Assembly (NCBI GenBank): GCA_021413965.1
Contig: JAIOPI010000013.1
Span: 34,719-98,718, forward strand
From: Lentisphaerota bacterium
GTDB taxonomy: Bacteria > Verrucomicrobiota > Kiritimatiellia > UBA8416 > JAIOPI01
Direction of reading: 5' to 3'
Length of the DNA stretch: 64,000 nt
Shown here: in pieces, positions 18,839 to 26,634 of the stretch
Layout: the number at the start of each line of letters is the position of its first letter
How positions within the stretch are numbered: position 1 is the stretch's first letter
Notes under the pieces: model-generated
Seen by the model: only the letters and a program-made list of their open reading frames with translations
Told to the model about the DNA's origin: nothing
Databases searched by the model: none
Translations under genes and position numbers: made by a program

Positions 18839-19312
18839 TTAGAACGGCAAATTATCGTCGTCACCGGCACCCGCGGGCTCGGGCCCCGGGCCGGATCCCG
18901 GGCCAGGTCCCGCGGGCGCTTCCGCCGCCGGCTCCGCCCCGCCCTGCTCCCCGTCGCTATCCTTGTACGCCGCCCCGCTCCGCGGGCTGCTCAGGAACTG
19001 CACGCGATCCGCACGCACCCGCAACTTGCTGCGGTTCTCGCCTTCCTTCGTCTTCCACTTGTCGAGCTGCAGGCGCCCCTCGACCATCACCGGCGAGCCC
19101 TTGCGCAAATACTCCCCGCAGGTCTCCGCCTGGCGCTCCCACACCACGACATCAACGAAAATCGTCTGCTCCACCGGGTTGCCGTCCTTGCCCCGGTAGC
19201 TCTCGTTGACCGCCAACCCCATCTCGCACACCGCCTTGCCGGACGGGATGTAGCGGACTTCGGGATCCTTCGTGAGGTTCCCCATCAGGAAAACTTTATT
19301 GAGGCTCGCCAT
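18839..19312 (-). CDS. ssb: Single-stranded DNA-binding protein
   Basis: From ATG 19312: MASLNKVFLMGNLTKDPEVRYIPSGKAV (OB fold), a Gly/Pro-rich linker, and the acidic tip DDDNLPF. Confidence 0.9.
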   Translation of the reverse strand: MASLNKVFLMGNLTKDPEVRYIPSGKAVCEMGLAVNESYRGKDGNPVEQTIFVDVVVWERQAETCGEYLRKGSPVMVEGRLQLDKWKTKEGENRSKLRVRADRVQFLSSPRSGAAYKDSDGEQGGAEPAAEAPAGPGPGSGPGPEPAGAGDDDNLPF

Positions 19313-19676
19313 CCCCGAGTCCCTCCACCGACGCGGACCGGACGTGCTCCAGCGCGGGCGCGGCCGAGCGCACCACCGGCGGCGGCACGCCACCCTCGAG
19401 GCGCCGCACCTGCACGCGCACGATGTCTTCAATCAGCTTCAAACGCGCCAGCAAGGCGTCGTTCTGCGCCGGATTCATCTTGATCCACATCCGGGCATAC
19501 AGCCCTTCCGTGCGCTTGCTCAGCGTCCGCGCGAACGGGCGACGCCCCATCCGGTCCGTCCGCTCGACGGTCCCCTCCAACCGCGTGATCTCGTGCTGAA
19601 TCGTCTCCAGCACCTTGTCAAAAGCCTCGTCCGTCATCGTCGCCGGGAAGATGAACATGGTATCGTACGTATTCAA
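19296..19676 (-). CDS. rpsF: 30S ribosomal protein S6 (TTG start)
   Basis: (M)NTYDTMFIFPA... matches the S6 N-terminal pattern. AGGAGA SD lies upstream of the TTG at 19676. Confidence 0.9.
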   Translation of the reverse strand: MNTYDTMFIFPATMTDEAFDKVLETIQHEITRLEGTVERTDRMGRRPFARTLSKRTEGLYARMWIKMNPAQNDALLARLKLIEDIVRVQVRRLEGGVPPPVVRSAAPALEHVRSASVEGLGDGEPQ

Positions 19677-19772
19677 TCGCGCTCTCCTGTCTGCTGCATG
19701 CCTCGCCTGTTGGACGCCAGGGCCAGCCCGTGGGCGAACCCTCTCACAGGCAATCTGTTTTTGTAGTCGAGA

Positions 19773-20363
19773 TTACCCCGCCGCGTCAAGCTTCGCCACC
19801 ATCCCGTTGAACTGGTTCATCGCCGGCTCCACCCCTTCCCGCAGGCAGACCAGCACCGCCTGGGTCGCCAGCACGATGCTCTTCTCCAGCAACTCGCGCT
19901 CTTCCCGTGGCGGCCGGGACAGCACGTGCTCAACCAAATCGCGCGCCCCCGCGCCCCGCCCAACCCCAATCCGAACCCGGGCAAAGGCGTCCGTTCCCGT
20001 GCACGCCACGATCGAAGCCAACCCCCGATGCCCGCCACTGCTGCCCCCGGGCCGAATGCGCAACCGCCCCAGCGGAAGATCCGCATCATCAAGGACAACA
20101 ACAACTTCCGACATTTCAGCGCCCGTGCGGCGCAGGATCGCGGCCACCGCCTCGCCGCTGAGGTTCATGAACGTGTCGGGCTTCACCAGCAACACCGGCG
20201 CCTCGCCAACCAGCACCTTGCCGGTATGCGCCTTGAAACGCAGACTCCGGCGCAGCTCACCATGCAACTCGCGACTGAGCGCATCCACAACGTCAAACCC
20301 GGCGTTGTGGGGAGTATGCGCGTACTGCTGGCCCGGGTTGCCCAATCCGACAACGATTTTCAC
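19773..20363 (-). CDS. pth: Peptidyl-tRNA hydrolase
   Basis: MKIVVGLGNPGQQYAHTPHNAGF and LVKPDTFMNLSG motifs. Confidence 0.9.
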   Translation of the reverse strand: MKIVVGLGNPGQQYAHTPHNAGFDVVDALSRELHGELRRSLRFKAHTGKVLVGEAPVLLVKPDTFMNLSGEAVAAILRRTGAEMSEVVVVLDDADLPLGRLRIRPGGSSGGHRGLASIVACTGTDAFARVRIGVGRGAGARDLVEHVLSRPPREERELLEKSIVLATQAVLVCLREGVEPAMNQFNGMVAKLDAAG

Positions 20364-20522
20364 GGAATTTCCCTGGCCCGATGCGGGCGCCGGCTTGCCA
20401 CCCCGCCAATTGGCTGAAACCGGACGCGAGACGCACTTCCGCCCGGCATCGACGCCCGGTCAACCCGTCAGGCGGCCCGGGGCAGGCGACTTGGCGCCCA
20501 CCCCCACGACCACCCCGCCGGC

Positions 20523-21326
20523 TTACCCCTTCTTGCCGCCCTTCGCAGCACCCGCCGCCTCTTTGCCGCCCTTGGCCGCCGCGGGCTTGGCCTCCCCGCC
20601 CTTGGCCGCACCAGCGGCTTCCTTCCCGCCCTTCGCGCCCTTGGCGTCCGGTGCCGCACCTTCCGCGCCTTCGCCTTCCTCTTCCTTCTTGCCCTTGGCA
20701 ATGACTTCCGGCTCGGCCGCACCTTCCGCCGCCGCCGCCGCTTCCGGCGTCGCCTCTTCCTCTTCCTTCGGCTGCGCCACGGCAATGACCGCCAGCGCCC
20801 CGTTCGTGAGCACGTGGTACTTCTCGCCCACCGTGAGGTCGCGCACCAGCAGCGAATCGCCAATCTTCAAGTGACCGACGTCCACCTTGAAGTCCTCCAC
20901 CAGGTCGGCCGGCAAGCACTCCACTTCGAGGTAGCGCAGCACCTGCTCCATGATGCCGCCCGCTTCCACGCCCACGGGCTGCCCCACCGGCGTGATCGCG
21001 ATGTTCACGCGCAGCTTCTGCGTCATCGAAATCTCGACGAGGTCCACGTGCACGAGCGAGCCCGTCACCGGGTCGTGCTGCACTTCCTTCAGCAGCGCCT
21101 TCCCCAGCGGCTGGCCGTCCACGACCACGTCGACAATCAGGTTCTCCGACGTGTGGTGATGCAACATGCGCTCAAAGTCGTGCATGACGACCTGGATGAG
21201 CTTGGACTCGCCCTTGTTGTTGTAAATCACCGCCGGCAGCTTGCCCGCCTTGCGCAGGCGCCGCGCCTCCGCCGATCCCGTCTTCTCACGCTTCGTAGCC
21301 AATACTTCGTTCTGCATAGCGCCCAA
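20523..21326 (-). CDS. rplY: 50S ribosomal protein L25/Ctc with a long Lys/Gly/Ala/Glu-rich C-terminal tail
   Basis: N-terminal L25 domain (RRLRKAGKLPAVIYN..) and central Ctc domain. The last ~80 aa are low complexity (AKGGKEAAGAAKGG repeated). prs-ctc-pth synteny. Confidence 0.85.
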   Translation of the reverse strand: MGAMQNEVLATKREKTGSAEARRLRKAGKLPAVIYNNKGESKLIQVVMHDFERMLHHHTSENLIVDVVVDGQPLGKALLKEVQHDPVTGSLVHVDLVEISMTQKLRVNIAITPVGQPVGVEAGGIMEQVLRYLEVECLPADLVEDFKVDVGHLKIGDSLLVRDLTVGEKYHVLTNGALAVIAVAQPKEEEEATPEAAAAAEGAAEPEVIAKGKKEEEGEGAEGAAPDAKGAKGGKEAAGAAKGGEAKPAAAKGGKEAAGAAKGGKKG

Positions 21327-21341
21327 GCTCCCCTTTGCTGC

Positions 21342-22268
21342 TTACAACCTGAACAACGACGTCACGGACTGATCCTCGTGAATCCGCAGGATCGCCTCGC
21401 CCAACAACTCCGCCACCGACAGGACGGTGATCGGAAAACCCACATCTTCGCGCGTCGGTATGCTGTCCGTCGCCACGAGCTCCGACACGACCGACTTCTT
21501 CATCCGCTCAATGCCCATCGGGGTGATGCACGCGTGGCTGACGGCCGCGCAAACCGTGCGCGCCCCCGCGTCCTTCAGGGCCGCGCCTGCCGAACACAGC
21601 GTGCCCGCCGTCGTGGTCAGGTCATCCACCATGATCGCGTCGCATCCCGCCACATCCCCAACCACGCCCAGCACCTCGACATCCGTCGCCCCCTTGCGCT
21701 GCTTCGCCACAATCGCCAGCTGGCAGCCCATCATCTGCGAATAGGCATAGCAAGCCTTCACGCCGCCAATGTCCGGCGACACGATGACGGGCCGCGGGAA
21801 TTTCTTCTCGCGCAGGTACTTCACAATGATCGGCGAGGCATAGAGGTGATCGACCGGAATGTCAAAAAAGCCCTGGATCTGCTGCGCGTGCAGGTCCATC
21901 GTCAGCAGCCGGTTGGCCCCCGCCGCCACCAGCAGGTTGGCCACCAGCTTGGCCGTGATCGGCACGCGCGGCTGGTCCTTGCGATCCTGGCGGGCGTACC
22001 CGTAAAACGGCAGCACCGCCGTGATGCGCCGCGCGGATGCCCGCCGCATGGCGTCGATCATGATCAGCAGTTCCATCAGGTTCTCGTTGGGCGGGTAACT
22101 GATGGACTGCACGATGAAACAGTCGCGCCCCCGGATGTTCTCGCGAATCTTGACGAAGATCTCGCCGTCGGGAAAGCGGTTGATCTCGACTTCGCCCAAG
22201 CTGGTCTTGAGGTAGGCCGCGATGCGTTCCGCGAGCTTCGGATTGGAGTTGCCAGTGAAGATTTTCAT
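21342..22268 (-). CDS. prs: Ribose-phosphate pyrophosphokinase
   Basis: MKIFTGNSNPKLAE, DLHAQQIQGFF and VVGDVAGCDAIMVDDL..T PRPP-binding motifs. Confidence 0.95.
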   Translation of the reverse strand: MKIFTGNSNPKLAERIAAYLKTSLGEVEINRFPDGEIFVKIRENIRGRDCFIVQSISYPPNENLMELLIMIDAMRRASARRITAVLPFYGYARQDRKDQPRVPITAKLVANLLVAAGANRLLTMDLHAQQIQGFFDIPVDHLYASPIIVKYLREKKFPRPVIVSPDIGGVKACYAYSQMMGCQLAIVAKQRKGATDVEVLGVVGDVAGCDAIMVDDLTTTAGTLCSAGAALKDAGARTVCAAVSHACITPMGIERMKKSVVSELVATDSIPTREDVGFPITVLSVAELLGEAILRIHEDQSVTSLFRL

Positions 22269-22324
22269 GCGCCACTATCCGGGCCGACGGTACTCCGCCC
22301 TGCTGGAAACTGCCGCGACTCAGA

Positions 22325-22398
22325 TGGTTGCCCGACCAGGACTCGAACCTGGACTCAGGCCTCCAAAGGGCCGTGTGCTGCCATTACACCATCGGGCA
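22325..22398 (-). tRNA. tRNA-Gln (anticodon TTG), CCA encoded
   Basis: Hand-folded reverse complement: TGCCCGA TG GTGTAATGGCAGCAC A CGGCC CTTTGGA GGCCT GAGT CCAGG TTCGAGT CCTGG TCGGGCA ACCA. It has a perfect 7-bp acceptor stem with the U1-A72 pair typical of bacterial tRNA-Gln, a TTCGAGT T-loop, and a single mismatch at position 27-43. Confidence 0.9.
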
Positions 22399-22580
22399 GA
22401 GTTGCTGGCAATTCCGTGCCAATAAGGGCGCCACGACCCAGCCCACGGCGCCACCTCAATCAAAGGTGCCCGCCTCACGGGCACATCCTCTCCCCCTGAC
22501 CCTTCAGAAGGAAACATGCCTTTTAACCCTTTCCCCCCCTCGCCGTCAAGAATATGCGCCCCCCGTAAGCAAATGCGACG

Positions 22581-22600
22581 CCCCCCCTCCGGAGGGGGGG
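22581..22600. repeat. Perfect 20-bp palindrome CCCCCCCTCC/GGAGGGGGGG in a non-coding tract
   Basis: Read directly: 22581..22590 ccccccctcc is the exact reverse complement of 22591..22600 ggaggggggg. Confidence 0.9.
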
Positions 22601-22851
22601 GCTCAGCCCCCTTCCCTATAGGCGGCGACATCGCCCGCCCGCGCCCGAAAGGCGCTTAAGAACTCGAGCCCGCCGCACCCCGCAAGCGTCCTCACCGCCC
22701 GCGACGCGACTCCCGCCGCTGGCCCCGCCGCGCAAACCCACGCCCCCCCGTGCAGGCCCACCCTGCCGCGTCACCCAAGGCCATCGCTTTCCCCCATAGC
22801 CACCGCAGCTCCGTTCAACACATGTTAGCCCCCATGAGGCCAACCCAACAC

Positions 22852-22879
22852 TTGCCCACATAGGCCACCCGTGTACACT
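22852..22879 (+). promoter_or_regulatory. Sigma70-like promoter candidate: TTGCCC-N16-TACACT for the DUF1254/DUF1214 gene
   Basis: TTGCCC at 22852..22857 and TACACT at 22874..22879. This would give a ~70-nt leader ending in a purine-rich SD (AAGGAAGAGAG) before ATG 22955. Confidence 0.35.
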
Positions 22880-22954
22880 GTCCGCACGCGGGCTGGAACG
22901 CTATTCGTTAGCTGTCAGAAACAGAAACGAAGCACAAGGAAGAGAGACAAGAGC

Positions 22955-24400
22955 ATGGAAATTGCATCACTGGAAACAACCGAGAGGAAAACAGCCGTGA
23001 AGGCAACAACCATCCTCGCCACCGCGCTCATTGGCGCTCTGGCATTCACCACTGCGAATGGTCGCGCTGCCGAGCCGATCAGCGAACAGGACGCCTATGA
23101 GATCGGCATCGAGGCTTACACCTACTTCTACCCGCTCGTCCTGATGGACGTGACGCGGCAGCAAGCGGTCAACGTAGAAGCTGGAAAGACCATCGGGCGC
23201 GGGCCAATGAACACCTTCACGCACGTCCCGACGTTTCCTCCAGCCGACTTCCGCGATGTCGTGCGCCCGAACTTTGACACCCTCTATTCGATTGCTTGGC
23301 TAGACCTCACGAAGGGGCCGATGGTGGTCGCGACGGCGGACACGCAGGGCCGTTACTACATGCTGCCGATGATCGATATGTGGTCGGATGTGTTTGCCTG
23401 CCCCGGCAAGCGCACCACGGGAACTGGCGCGGCTCGCTTCGCGGTCGTGCCGCCAGGCTGGAAGGGCAGGTTGCCCAAAGGGGTCCAGCGGATCGATGCC
23501 CCGACGTCCTACGTCTGGATCATCGGGCGAACGCAGACCAATGGCAAAGAGGACTACGAGGCCGTCCATCACGTGCAGGCCGGCTACACGGTCACGCCCC
23601 TCTCGCGACTGGGCAAGGCGCAGGAGTCGGCCAAGGCCACGATCGATCCGACCGTGGACATGAAGACGCCCCCGATGACGCAGGTGGACACCATGGCGGC
23701 GGGCACATACTTCGCCTACGCGGCGGAACTCCTGAAGGCCAATCCGCCGCACATCACGGATCAGCCCATCGTCGCGCGGATGCAGCGGATCGGGATCGAA
23801 GCGGGGAAACCGTTCGACTTTGTGAACGCCGATCCTGCCGTAAAGCGTGCGCTGGAACGCGCCGCGCCCGACGCCCTCAAGGCGATGCAGGCGAAGGTCC
23901 CCACGCTCGCCCGCGTCGTGAACGGCTGGCAGATGAACACCGACACGATGGGCGTCTACGGCAACTACTACCTCAAGCGGGCCATCGTCGCGATGATCGG
24001 TCTCGGTGCCAACCTGCCGGAAGACGCGGTCTATCCGCTCAACATTGGCGATGCGGACGGCAAGCCGCTGACTGGGGCGAACACGTACGTGCTCCACTTC
24101 GCCAAGAACGAGATTCCGCCTGCGAAGGCATTCTGGTCGGTGACCTTGTATGACAAGCACGGATTTCCGTTCGCCAACGACCTGAAGCGGAACGCCATCG
24201 GCGACCGCGATGTACTCAAATTCAATGCGGATGGATCGCTAGATCTTTACTTTCAGCACGCGTCGCCCGGTGCTGAGAAGGAGTCGAACTGGCTGCCGTC
24301 ACCGGCGGAAGACTTCAACCTGACTATGCGCGTGTATTCACCCCAACCTCAGGTGCTCGACGGAAGCTGGGCGCCGCCGGCGGTGAAACGACTTCCCTGA
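22955..24400 (+). CDS. Secreted DUF1254/DUF1214 domain protein
   Basis: From ATG 22955 with a signal-like N-terminus (ILATALIGALAFTTANGRAAEP). AYEIGIEAYTYFYPLVLMD...PNFDTLYSIAWLDL is the DUF1254 pattern and the C-terminal half is DUF1214-like (FWSVTLYD). GC is lower than in neighbouring genes: I counted 31 G+C in the 60 nt at 22961..23020. Confidence 0.8.
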   Translation: MEIASLETTERKTAVKATTILATALIGALAFTTANGRAAEPISEQDAYEIGIEAYTYFYPLVLMDVTRQQAVNVEAGKTIGRGPMNTFTHVPTFPPADFRDVVRPNFDTLYSIAWLDLTKGPMVVATADTQGRYYMLPMIDMWSDVFACPGKRTTGTGAARFAVVPPGWKGRLPKGVQRIDAPTSYVWIIGRTQTNGKEDYEAVHHVQAGYTVTPLSRLGKAQESAKATIDPTVDMKTPPMTQVDTMAAGTYFAYAAELLKANPPHITDQPIVARMQRIGIEAGKPFDFVNADPAVKRALERAAPDALKAMQAKVPTLARVVNGWQMNTDTMGVYGNYYLKRAIVAMIGLGANLPEDAVYPLNIGDADGKPLTGANTYVLHFAKNEIPPAKAFWSVTLYDKHGFPFANDLKRNAIGDRDVLKFNADGSLDLYFQHASPGAEKESNWLPSPAEDFNLTMRVYSPQPQVLDGSWAPPAVKRLP

Positions 24401-24456
24401 AGCCTCCTTGCGAAACGTATTTGATCACGGTCGCAAGCTACATGTCAGCTGACAAC

Positions 24457-24505
24457 CGGGTGAGCGTATTTCAAACCCGCGGCGGTTTCAAAATGCGCTC
24501 ACCCG
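24457..24505 (+). other. Long imperfect hairpin (about 21 pairs) 57 nt after the DUF1254/DUF1214 stop
   Basis: The outer 10-bp stem is CGGGTGAGCG/CGCTCACCCG. Inner pairing is AAACC/GGTTT plus an A-T run, around a 6-nt loop. There is no U-tract. It is preceded by the 12-bp perfect palindrome TGTCAGCTGACA at 24443..24454. Confidence 0.5.
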
Positions 24506-24938
24506 TGACGTTGGCGGCGAAGAACTTGAAGAAGACCCGACAGCTTGCCGCCCTTGGTATTGTCTTTCTGATCACCACCGGCTACCAGTGGCTCTCAAAC
24601 GCCCGAAACAGAACCGCTGAGTACTGGTGCCGATCTTTTGTCACCACGATTGCCGAAGGCGATCTCAGTGTGCCTTACAAGGGGACAAGCAATAGCAGGT
24701 CTTCCATGTCACCATGCCGATTCCTCCTTCAGGGGACTTGCACCCTCTAAACAACGCGCCCATGCTGGGCGTACACAATCGCTTCCACCGGCATCGGGAA
24801 CCCGCGGCACGCCAGCTGCTTACGCACCTGTCGCGCCACGGATTCCCGATCGGTGAAGCGTGAAGTTCGGGTCCGGATACAACGTCTTAGCGCTATAACG
24901 TCGTCGCGCTACGCTATCCCAAATGACGGAGGCCTTCT

Positions 24939-25214
24939 GTGACTACATTGACAAAGCGAGTCACGATCTACTTGGATCCAAAGCTATACAAAGCACTTCA
25001 ACTCAAGTCCGTTGAGACGGAACGGTCTGTGTCCGTTGTCGTAAATGACGCCATATGTGAGGCACTTGTTGAGGATGAGGACGATCTCGCATCGTTTTCT
25101 CACCGCAAGAATCAGCCGACGTTGTCCTTTGAGGCCTTCTTGAAGGAGCTGAACGTTACCGTCTGCGCAACGGACACTATCGGGTGCTTTACGAGATTGA
25201 GGACAACCGGTTGA
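24939..25214 (+). CDS. Ribbon-helix-helix (CopG-like) type II antitoxin with a disrupted 3' end
   Basis: GTG start with GGAGG 7 nt upstream. KRVTIYLDPKLYKALQLKSVETERSVSVVVNDAI is an RHH fold pattern, and EDEDDLASFSHRKNQPTLSFEAFLKEL is a typical antitoxin C-terminus. After LKEL the frame reads through into the toxin remnant and gives junk sequence. Confidence 0.65.
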   Translation: MTTLTKRVTIYLDPKLYKALQLKSVETERSVSVVVNDAICEALVEDEDDLASFSHRKNQPTLSFEAFLKELNVTVCATDTIGCFTRLRTTG

Positions 25215-25264
25215 TCATCAGTGTTGTCAAGATCGGCCAACGCAAGGACGTGTATGGAGACTGA
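25154..25264 (+). pseudogene. RelE/ParE-family toxin remnant (only the C-terminal ~36 codons, no start codon)
   Basis: My translation of the +2 frame relative to the antitoxin gives RYRLRNGHYRVLYEIEDNRLIISVVKIGQRKDVYGD*, the conserved C-terminal strand block of RelE/ParE toxins. An in-frame TGA lies at 25130..25132, and no start codon lies between it and the remnant. Confidence 0.65.
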
Positions 25265-25389
25265 ACTGAATCGGCGGCTCCCCGCGACTGACCCAGCAGA
25301 TCAGCCGCACGTGCCACACCACCCGTACAAGCGGGTCCGCATCAGCCGGTCAGAAAGTTTCCCGTAACGCGCCAAGTGCCCCGCCAAGC

Positions 25390-25419
25390 TTGACAACCAC
25401 GCTGGGGATTTCGTCCAAT
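25390..25419 (+). promoter_or_regulatory. Sigma70-like promoter candidate: TTGACA-N18-TCCAAT
   Basis: A perfect -35 at 25390..25395 and TCCAAT at 25414..25419, about 45 nt upstream of the ATG at 25464. Confidence 0.35.
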
Positions 25420-25463
25420 GCCCGCACGCTAGGTTCCGGCAAGACTCCCAACCTCAGGATTGT

Positions 25464-26540
25464 ATGATGAAGCCCATGACCACCCACGAGCGCGTCACCC
25501 GCATGCTGGAACACCGCGACGCCGACCGCGTCCCCGTCATCGATTACCCTTGGAAAAGCGCCATCGCCCGCTGGCAACGCGAAGGCATGCCGGCCGGCGT
25601 CGACTACAAGGACTTCTTCGATCTGGACCAGATCATCCTGTGGGAAGGCATGGACAACAGCCCGCGCTACCCGGTGACCATCCTGGAAGAAACCCCCGAG
25701 TGGGTCATCAAGACCACCGGCTGGGGCGTGAAGATGAAGCAGTGGAACCACTCCGGCGGCGTTCCGGAATTCCTCGACTTCACCATCGTGGACCCGGACT
25801 CCTGGGCCAAGGCCAAAGCCCGCATGACCCCGGCCCGCGAACGCATCAACTGGGACTCCCTCCGCCAGAACTACAAGCGCTGGCGCTCCAACAGCTCCTG
25901 GCTCAGCTGCTACTTCTGGTTCGGCTTCGACGTCACGCACTCCTGGGCGGTGGGCACCGAGCGCGTGCTGATGGCCCTCGTCGAGAACCCCGAGTGGGCC
26001 GCCGACATGTTCAACCACTTCCTCGACCTCGATATCGCGCTGTATGAAATGATGGAAGCCGAGGGCTACCGTTTCGACGAAATTCAGTGGCCTGACGACA
26101 TGGGCTTCAAACGCAATCAGTTCTTCTCGCTCAACCTCTACCGTCAGATCCTGAAGCCTGTCCACGCCCGCGCCGTGGAGTGGGCCCATCGCAAGGGGCT
26201 AAAGGTTCAGCTGCACTCCTGCGGCGACGTCAACCCGTTCGTCCCGGATCTCATCGACATCGGCGTGGACATCCTGAATCCGCTCGAGGTCAAGGCCGGC
26301 ATGGACCCGGAGAACCTGAAGAATCGCTTCGGCCGCCAGCTCACCTTCCGCGGCGGCCTGAACGCTGTCCTCTTCGAGCGTCCTGATGAACTGTGGGACG
26401 AAATGCGCCGCATCATCCCCGTCATGAAGCGCGACGGCGGCTACATCATCAGCTCCGACCACTCCGTCCCGGAAAGCGTCAGCCTGGAGGAATTCCGCCA
26501 GTTCGTGACCCTCGCTAAAGAACTCGGGACCTACGCGTGA
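25464..26540 (+). CDS. Uroporphyrinogen-decarboxylase (URO-D/MtaA-like) family protein, paralogue 1
   Basis: N-terminus MTTHERVTRMLEHRDADRVPVID and C-terminal LHSCGDVNPFVPDLIDIGVDILNPLEVKAGMDPENLKNRFG are typical of non-HemE URO-D family proteins. Confidence 0.8.
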   Translation: MMKPMTTHERVTRMLEHRDADRVPVIDYPWKSAIARWQREGMPAGVDYKDFFDLDQIILWEGMDNSPRYPVTILEETPEWVIKTTGWGVKMKQWNHSGGVPEFLDFTIVDPDSWAKAKARMTPARERINWDSLRQNYKRWRSNSSWLSCYFWFGFDVTHSWAVGTERVLMALVENPEWAADMFNHFLDLDIALYEMMEAEGYRFDEIQWPDDMGFKRNQFFSLNLYRQILKPVHARAVEWAHRKGLKVQLHSCGDVNPFVPDLIDIGVDILNPLEVKAGMDPENLKNRFGRQLTFRGGLNAVLFERPDELWDEMRRIIPVMKRDGGYIISSDHSVPESVSLEEFRQFVTLAKELGTYA

Positions 26541-26634
26541 AACCCGTCCAGCCGATGGCCACGCATGGCACGAATGCCAATGGCGACCGGCCGCTTGGCG
26601 CGGAGCCGGCCATCGGCACGCCGCGACCACCCGC

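Noticed and set aside
22533-22612. G-quadruplex potential of the minus-strand G-runs
   Set aside because: The runs are separated by about 17-20 nt loops, much longer than canonical G4 loops. This cannot be supported without a prediction tool.
22328-22621. 97-aa ORF, together with the 81-aa ORF at 22616..22861
   Set aside because: The first overlaps the tRNA-Gln gene on the opposite strand. Both are low-complexity products of the C/G-skewed tract and lack an SD.
24741-24870. Minus-strand frame ending ...RFTDRESVARQVRKQLACRGFPMPVEAIVYAQHGRVV* as a remnant of a recombinase or DUF559-type gene
   Set aside because: It bears only a vague resemblance, has no start codon, and adjacent frames give no matching continuation. 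It is too weak to call.
22325-25330. tRNA-Gln as the integration site of a genomic island
   Set aside because: The lower-GC islet lies on the 5' (promoter) side of the tRNA, separated from it by about 460 bp. There is no integrase and no duplicated tRNA 3' end. I kept it only as a compositional anomaly.
26551-26617. 10-bp inverted repeat GCCGATGGCC...GGCCATCGGC between convergent URO-D1 and UxaE-like genes as a bidirectional terminator
   Set aside because: The arms are 47 nt apart and no U-tracts are present. It is plausible but unsupported.
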